A stretch of 20,000 bases of DNA from an uncultured Methanosarcinales archaeon. Its GTDB lineage: Archaea; Nanobdellota; Nanobdellia; Woesearchaeales; CAIVOO01. The stretch is taken from contig CAZAIK010000002.1 in assembly GCA_964485195.1 (NCBI GenBank), positions 56,972-76,971 on the forward strand, in the 5' to 3' direction. Shown here piece by piece: positions 14,648 through 20,000 of this stretch. The notes under the pieces were generated by a model. That model made no database searches. It was given only the letters and a program-made list of their open reading frames with translations, and was not told the DNA's origin. Every line of letters starts with the position of its first letter. Positions within the stretch are counted from its first letter, which is position 1. Position numbers and translations under genes: made by a program.

Positions 14648-15420
14648 GAGAGATAGAGTCAGAATCAAGGTTTGTCTGGAAACAGCTTGTTTTCCTAATC
14701 TCCCTCCCTGTCCTGGTTTTGCAGATAATCCTGGGAAAGAAAAAAATACCAGAAATAACAAGGCCGTTAAAGGAGCTTTTTCATTTCATCTTCCAGCCAA
14801 AAATAACGGTTTCATTGATACTGGTTAACATAGCTGTTTTCCTTTTTGAGGTTTTTTATTTCACCCAGGAGCAGGTCTTGCAGCTGGCCTTCCAGCCCTC
14901 GGACATTCTTGCGTTGAACTTCCTGCCCGTTGTTTCCTCCTGGTTTCTTCACGCGTCGATTGCTCATCTGATAGGCAATATGATATTTCTTTACATATTT
15001 GGAAGGATAGTGGAAAAGGATTTCGGATGGAAGATGCTGCTGATATACTTCGGAGCCGCGATAATTTCCGACCTTGCGTCAGCCTTTTTCGGCCAGGGAG
15101 GAATTGGGGCTTCAGGCGCGATTGCCGGACTGATAGGAACTGCCATATTAATGCACCCGTTTTACCTCACATATCTTGTAGTAGGAATTCCCCTACCTAT
15201 AATTCTTATAGGGTGGGCAGCAATAATAGCAGACATAACAGGGATACTGATACCAAAAAATGACAACATAGGGCACTTCGCTCACCTCGGAGGTTATCTC
15301 GCGATAACACTGCTGGTTTTCTTCTTCAGCGAGGAGCACAAGAGAAAGATAAAGACCGGAATGCTGATAAACATAATATTCGTCGCAGTGTTCGTGTATT
15401 TCTGGTTTTTCATGCGTTAG
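14644..15420 (+). CDS. Rhomboid family intramembrane serine protease
   Basis: FLHA...HL.GNM, GASG catalytic Ser, HFAHLGG catalytic His. ATGA overlap with the transporter. Confidence 0.95.
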   Translation: MREIESESRFVWKQLVFLISLPVLVLQIILGKKKIPEITRPLKELFHFIFQPKITVSLILVNIAVFLFEVFYFTQEQVLQLAFQPSDILALNFLPVVSSWFLHASIAHLIGNMIFLYIFGRIVEKDFGWKMLLIYFGAAIISDLASAFFGQGGIGASGAIAGLIGTAILMHPFYLTYLVVGIPLPIILIGWAAIIADITGILIPKNDNIGHFAHLGGYLAITLLVFFFSEEHKRKIKTGMLINIIFVAVFVYFWFFMR

Positions 15421-15451
15421 TTTTTTAAACTTGCCTGATTAATCCTGGAAT

Positions 15452-16852
15452 ATGCAATTATACAACACGCTGTCCAGAAAAAAGGAAGAGTTTAAGCCCA
15501 TAAAGCCGGGAGAGGTTAAGGTTTACAGCTGCGGCCCCACTGTGTACGACTTTGTGCACATAGGAAACTGCAGGGCATTCATATGCGCGGACATTCTTAC
15601 AAGATACCTTGAATACAAAGACTTGAAGGTGATAAGGGTTATGAATCTCACTGATGTTGATGACAAGACAATAAGGGGCGCGAGAAAAGAGAATGTTCCT
15701 TTGAAGGAATACACAGACAGGTACAAGAAAGCGTTTTTTGAGGACATAGCTTCGCTGAAAATAAGGAAGGCAGACTTTTATCCCGAGGCCACGAAATGCA
15801 TCAGGGAAATAGTGGCGATTGTCAAGGGCCTGATGGAAAAAGGTTATGCTTACAAGGGAGACGACGGCTCAATTTATTACAGCGTAAAAAAGTTCAGGGA
15901 TTATGGAAAGCTGGCAAACCTGAAACTGGATGAGCTCCAGGCAGGAGCAAGGGTAAAGCAGGATGAGTATGACAAGGAGCAGGCAAATGACTTTGCGCTG
16001 TGGAAGGCCTGGGATGAGGAGGACGGGGACGTCTTCTGGGAAACAGAAATAGGAAAGGGCAGGCCCGGCTGGCACATTGAATGCTCTGCTATGTCAATGA
16101 AGCACCTGGGAGAGACATTTGACATCCATACAGGAGGGGAGGACTTGATATTTCCACACCACCAGAACGAGATAGCCCAGAGCGAGGCATTCACAGGAAG
16201 AAAATTCGTAAACTACTGGTTTCACAACGCCTTCCTCCTTGTAAATGAGAAGAAGATGTCAAAAAGCCTGGGAAACTTTTACACCCTGCGAGACCTAATC
16301 AAGAAAGGCTACAAGCCCAGGGCAATAAGATACGCCCTGATGTCCGCTCATTACAGGACTCCGCTTAACTTCACTGAAGAAGGAATCAAAGCAGCCCAGA
16401 ACAGCATAGACCGGCTCCAGGAATTCATTGAAAAGATAAGGGATTTGAAGAAGAACTCAACAGCGAAGGAAAACAGCGAAGTGAAAAAAATCCTGGAGAA
16501 TGCAAGGCAGGTATTTGAGAATTCAATGGACGACGACCTCAACATAAACGAGGCATTGGCAGCTGTATTTGACGTGGTCAGGTCGGTAAACTCACTTATT
16601 CTTGAGAACAAAGTCAGCAGGAGGGATGCTGAAAAAGCAGAAGCCGCGATGATTAGGTTTGACAAAGTGCTTGGCTTATTGGAGGAAGAAAAGGAAGAGA
16701 TCTCCCCTGAAATCAAAAAGCTGATTGAGGAAAGGAATGAAGCCAGGGAAAACAAGGAGTGGGAAAAGGCAGACCAGATAAGGGAGAAGATAAGGCAGAA
16801 AGGATATGAATTAAAGGACACTCGGGAAGGGACAAAGATTAAGAGGATATAG
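15452..16852 (+). CDS. cysS: Cysteine--tRNA ligase
   Basis: CGPTVY, HIGN, DFALWK, GRPGWHIECSAM, FPHHQNE, KMSKS, DDLN. Confidence 0.98.
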   Translation: MQLYNTLSRKKEEFKPIKPGEVKVYSCGPTVYDFVHIGNCRAFICADILTRYLEYKDLKVIRVMNLTDVDDKTIRGARKENVPLKEYTDRYKKAFFEDIASLKIRKADFYPEATKCIREIVAIVKGLMEKGYAYKGDDGSIYYSVKKFRDYGKLANLKLDELQAGARVKQDEYDKEQANDFALWKAWDEEDGDVFWETEIGKGRPGWHIECSAMSMKHLGETFDIHTGGEDLIFPHHQNEIAQSEAFTGRKFVNYWFHNAFLLVNEKKMSKSLGNFYTLRDLIKKGYKPRAIRYALMSAHYRTPLNFTEEGIKAAQNSIDRLQEFIEKIRDLKKNSTAKENSEVKKILENARQVFENSMDDDLNINEALAAVFDVVRSVNSLILENKVSRRDAEKAEAAMIRFDKVLGLLEEEKEEISPEIKKLIEERNEARENKEWEKADQIREKIRQKGYELKDTREGTKIKRI

Positions 16853-17405
16853 TTTCCCTGAAAAGCTGCTCAATTTTTTTAGCTTTGAACTCTAAATTCT
16901 TTATTATATCCTTCGCATTGTCCGAATCCCTGTTGAACATGAAATTGATTTTTTCCTTTGTTTTTTTCTCCCCAAAATCATCATAATAAAAATAAATGTT
17001 ATGCTCAAAGTATGAAATGCTGTCAGCATCCCTGAGGATATCCGCTTCCTCATCCCCTCCAGACTCGTGCCTTTCCACAAGATATTTTACCCTGCTGATT
17101 GTGCTTTCATCATAACCATGTTTTTCCAAGATTTTGCTGATGATTTCCGCGCTTCTTTTTGCGTGCTCTTCAGGATTCCACTCCTCAGGTTTTCCTGCTT
17201 TTTTTCCTGCAACCTTTTCTTTTCCTTCACCCGCAGCCCTGTCAATGTCGTGCGCAAGCGCAGCTATCTGCAAGGCTTCGCCGGCGTCAGCCTTAAGCCT
17301 GAGAACCCATTTTCTTGTCAGTTTTGAATGCAGGGGATCTTCCTTGCAAAGCGAATGCGAGGCTGTTTCCTCAATCTCCCTTTCAACTTCCTTTAACAGT
17401 GTCAT
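16839..17405 (-). CDS. HD-domain protein, DUF4202-like
   Basis: H...W, ALQIAALAHDIDR, HA.RSA, RHE.GG, LRDADSISYF. TATA at 17428-17435 is 23 nt from the ATG. Confidence 0.85.
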   Translation of the reverse strand: MTLLKEVEREIEETASHSLCKEDPLHSKLTRKWVLRLKADAGEALQIAALAHDIDRAAGEGKEKVAGKKAGKPEEWNPEEHAKRSAEIISKILEKHGYDESTISRVKYLVERHESGGDEEADILRDADSISYFEHNIYFYYDDFGEKKTKEKINFMFNRDSDNAKDIIKNLEFKAKKIEQLFRETISS

Positions 17406-17506
17406 TGCATAAAATTGCTTTTTTTTGTATATAAAGGTTTTGCAAATCCAGAACCAATAAATTTAAAAAGCCCAAAAACAAAAAATATTTCTCAAAGAGG
17501 CGAATT

Positions 17507-18511
17507 ATGGCGAAGATAGCTTTTTACGAGGCTGAGGACTGGGAGAAAGATTTTCTTAGGGGAGAGCTTTCAGAGCACGAGCTTGTTTTTGTTGATGACG
17601 AGATTGATGAAAAGAATGTTGTAGCTGATGCAGAAGCCCTTGGAGTTTTCATATATTCTGATGTGACCAAGGAAATCCTTGACAAGATGCCTAACCTGAA
17701 ATTCATAACAACCATGTCCACGGGCTTTGATCACATAGACCTGAACGAGGCCAAGAACAGGGACATAAAGGTTTCAAATGTTCCCACTTACGGCGAGAAC
17801 ACAGTTGCAGAGCACACCTTCGCATTAATACTCGCAGTATCAAGAAAGGTTGTAGCTGCTGTTGAGAGGACAAGAAGAGGCAACTTTTCCCTTGAGGGGC
17901 TTAGGGGATTTGATCTTAAAGACAGGACTTTGGGCGTCATAGGCACAGGAAACATAGGCAAGCACGTTATAAGGATTGCAAAGGGGTTTGAGATGAACGT
18001 GATAGCATTTGACCCATTCCCTGATGAGGATTATGCCAAAAAGATGAATTACAAATATGTGGATTTTGACGAGCTGCTGGGAAATTCTGACATTGTGACC
18101 TTGCACGCCCCCCTGAATGAAAAGACGCATCATATGATAAACACTGACAACATAAAGAAAATAAAAAAAGGAGCTGTCATAATAAACACGGCAAGGGGTG
18201 GATTAATAGATACTGACTCTCTGATATATGCGCTGAAGGAAAAACTGATATCCGCTGCAGGGCTGGACGTGCTTGAGGAAGAAGGATTTATCAGGGAGGA
18301 AAAGCAGCTGGTCTCAACAAAATTCATGAAGGAATGCGACATGGAGACAATACTCCAGGAGCACATGCTTATAGACCAGGACAATGTGATAGTTACCCCT
18401 CACAACGCTTTCAACTCAAAGGAGGCACTGCAGAGAATCCTGGACGCAACTGTTGAGAACATCAAGCAATTCTTTGAGGGAAACCCGGTTAATGTGGTTA
18501 ATGGTAAATAA
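17507..18511 (+). CDS. D-2-hydroxyacid dehydrogenase (D-lactate dehydrogenase-like)
   Basis: STGFDHID, VAEH, GTGNIG Rossmann motif, INTARG, LDVLEEE, TPHNAF. GAGG SD at 17497-17500. Confidence 0.93.
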   Translation: MAKIAFYEAEDWEKDFLRGELSEHELVFVDDEIDEKNVVADAEALGVFIYSDVTKEILDKMPNLKFITTMSTGFDHIDLNEAKNRDIKVSNVPTYGENTVAEHTFALILAVSRKVVAAVERTRRGNFSLEGLRGFDLKDRTLGVIGTGNIGKHVIRIAKGFEMNVIAFDPFPDEDYAKKMNYKYVDFDELLGNSDIVTLHAPLNEKTHHMINTDNIKKIKKGAVIINTARGGLIDTDSLIYALKEKLISAAGLDVLEEEGFIREEKQLVSTKFMKECDMETILQEHMLIDQDNVIVTPHNAFNSKEALQRILDATVENIKQFFEGNPVNVVNGK

Positions 18512-19147
18512 TTAAAAGAATCCTCCGAATGTCAGGAACACCATAAACCCTCCTATGGCGACCATAGCTATCCAGGCGGAAACATTCCATCTGAAAACCT
18601 TTGCCCCGTCAAATATGCTGAAGGGAATCATATTGAACAGTCCAAGCCAGGCGTTAATGAAAAAGCCGTAGGTGAATATTATGTTGGGCATAAGAATGTT
18701 TCCTATCAGGAAAAGGACTGCAAGGGTGTAGTTCGTTGCAGAGCCTGCTATTGAAATCTTCCCGTTCCTCCTGAAATCAACGTGGCCTCCTCCTATCATC
18801 ACGGCACCTGGAGCTGCGAAGACAAATCCGAAAAAAGACATAATAAGGGCTAATATGAGCATAGTGTTATCAGCCCTGAACTCTGCCCAGCACTTGTACC
18901 TTTGCGCCACAATCTTGTGGGCCAGTTCGTGAAACAAGAAGCCGGAGCCTACAGCCACAGCAGCTGTTACGAAGAATATGAGGAAGGTGATGCTGAAAAA
19001 ATTAACACCTGAAAGGACTATGCCAAATGCAAGGCTTATTATTATCCAGGCCTTTACCAAGTCCTTTATTTCAATGTTTGAAGTGGTGTACCTGCCTATC
19101 TTATATTGCTGGTAATTCCCGTATTGGCGTATGTATTTAGGAAGCAT
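18512..19147 (-). CDS. Membrane Zn-metalloprotease, peptidase M50 (short archaeal type)
   Basis: HELAH, FAAPGAV, IS.AG...N, FNMIPFSIFDGAK. Confidence 0.92.
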   Translation of the reverse strand: MLPKYIRQYGNYQQYKIGRYTTSNIEIKDLVKAWIIISLAFGIVLSGVNFFSITFLIFFVTAAVAVGSGFLFHELAHKIVAQRYKCWAEFRADNTMLILALIMSFFGFVFAAPGAVMIGGGHVDFRRNGKISIAGSATNYTLAVLFLIGNILMPNIIFTYGFFINAWLGLFNMIPFSIFDGAKVFRWNVSAWIAMVAIGGFMVFLTFGGFF

Positions 19148-19197
19148 TTTCTTAACTCCTGACCTTCTCTTTTTAAAACTTTATGCATTTTGCAACA

Positions 19198-20000
19198 TTA
19201 TGCTTTCTTTATCTTTGCAACAAAAAATCCCTCAGTGTCATTGTCCTGGGGCCATATCCTCAGGCACTTGCGCACTTCAGGGGAATACTTTTTGTTATCA
19301 AACTCTGTGACAGCATCGGAACGCTTGATGTCCAGGCTTATTTGCATCAGTTTTGCATTATTGTTCTTGTTAAGCAGGAAATCAACCACTCCCTCATTCT
19401 CTTCCGGCTCCAGGGAGCAGGTTGAATAAACCATTGTCCCGCCTTTTTTGAGCAGTTTGAAGGCGTGCGAAATAAGCTGTTTCTGCTCTCCGGCAAGCTT
19501 CCTCACCATATTGGGATTCCAGGCATTGATTGTTTTCACAGACTTTCTTATTGTGCCTGTTCCTGAGCAGGGCGCATCCAACAATATCTTGTCAAACTCC
19601 ATATTCCTAATCTGCTGGCCTTTCATCATAGTGAGCATCGCGTTTGCAACCCCGCATCTCTGCATATTAACCCCCAATGCAGCCAGCCTGTCGTGGGCAA
19701 TGTCATTCGCGACAATAACCCCCTTGTTTTTCATGTACTGGGCTATCTGGGTGGTCTTGCTCCCGGGAGCTGCTGCCATGTCCAGCACGATATCGCCGGG
19801 CGTTGGCCTGAGAACTTCCGGCGGAATCATTGAAGCTGCCTCCTGCACATAAATATAGCCGAGGGAATGCTCTGCCAAATTTCCAATGTCCCTTCTTTTG
19901 CCCTCAATCCAGAATCCTTCCCTGCACCAGGGCACAGGCGTTAATTTCCAGTCCTTCCGCAGTCTTTTCCTTAACTCGTGAACTTCCATCTTCAGAGTAT
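19198..20000 (-). CDS. RsmB/NOP2/NSUN family RNA m5C methyltransferase; 5' end outside the window
   Basis: QEAASM, DMAAAPGSKT, DAPCSG and YSTCS (both catalytic Cys), EENE. The frame stays open to the window edge (..TLK MEV.., the NTLK motif), so ATG 19989 is internal. Confidence 0.95.
   Translation of the reverse strand, partial: TLKMEVHELRKRLRKDWKLTPVPWCREGFWIEGKRRDIGNLAEHSLGYIYVQEAASMIPPEVLRPTPGDIVLDMAAAPGSKTTQIAQYMKNKGVIVANDIAHDRLAALGVNMQRCGVANAMLTMMKGQQIRNMEFDKILLDAPCSGTGTIRKSVKTINAWNPNMVRKLAGEQKQLISHAFKLLKKGGTMVYSTCSLEPEENEGVVDFLLNKNNNAKLMQISLDIKRSDAVTEFDNKKYSPEVRKCLRIWPQDNDTEGFFVAKIKKA

Noticed and set aside
7332..19852. Long antisense ORFs (e.g. 7332..7871, 10013..10501, 11904..12314, 16351..16821, 19448..19852)
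   Set aside because: They mirror well-identified genes, and their Ser/Phe/Leu-rich composition is what the reverse of Lys/Glu-rich coding sequence gives.
1..20000. CRISPR arrays, tRNA/rRNA genes, IS elements, integrases, DGR repeats
   Set aside because: By eye I found no spaced direct repeats, cloverleaf motifs, transposase/integrase/RT ORFs or duplicated segments. Nearly all sequence is explained by protein genes.

Overview
Gene-dense, archaeal housekeeping-rich region. The gene content (class I CCA enzyme, aRF1, aIF5A, eL43/eL40, Rpo12, Pcc1, prefoldin beta), the compact layout and the fermentative D-LDH-like gene suggest a DPANN archaeon, possibly Woesearchaeota-like (inference). About 30 coding regions tile the window. 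Four are missing from the supplied ORF track: a membrane-anchored FKBP (<1..451), rpoP (5484..5618), rpl40e (8450..8614) and a 46-aa twin-arginine micro-ORF (9835..9975). I saw no tRNA, rRNA, CRISPR array, transposase or integrase. The most notable observations are: (1) a CPA1/NhaP-fold transporter lacking both ion-binding aspartates and translationally coupled to a rhomboid protease; (2) an alpha/beta hydrolase interrupted by one in-frame TGA, although TGA is clearly a stop elsewhere here; (3) a SET-NUDIX-PmtA-like methyltransferase block; (4) the Tat-like micro-ORF with its own TATA box; (5) a structured 214-bp intergenic region after aRF1; (6) a very regular TTTATAAA promoter 22-23 nt from start codons. 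No clearly novel multi-gene system can be proven from the sequence alone.
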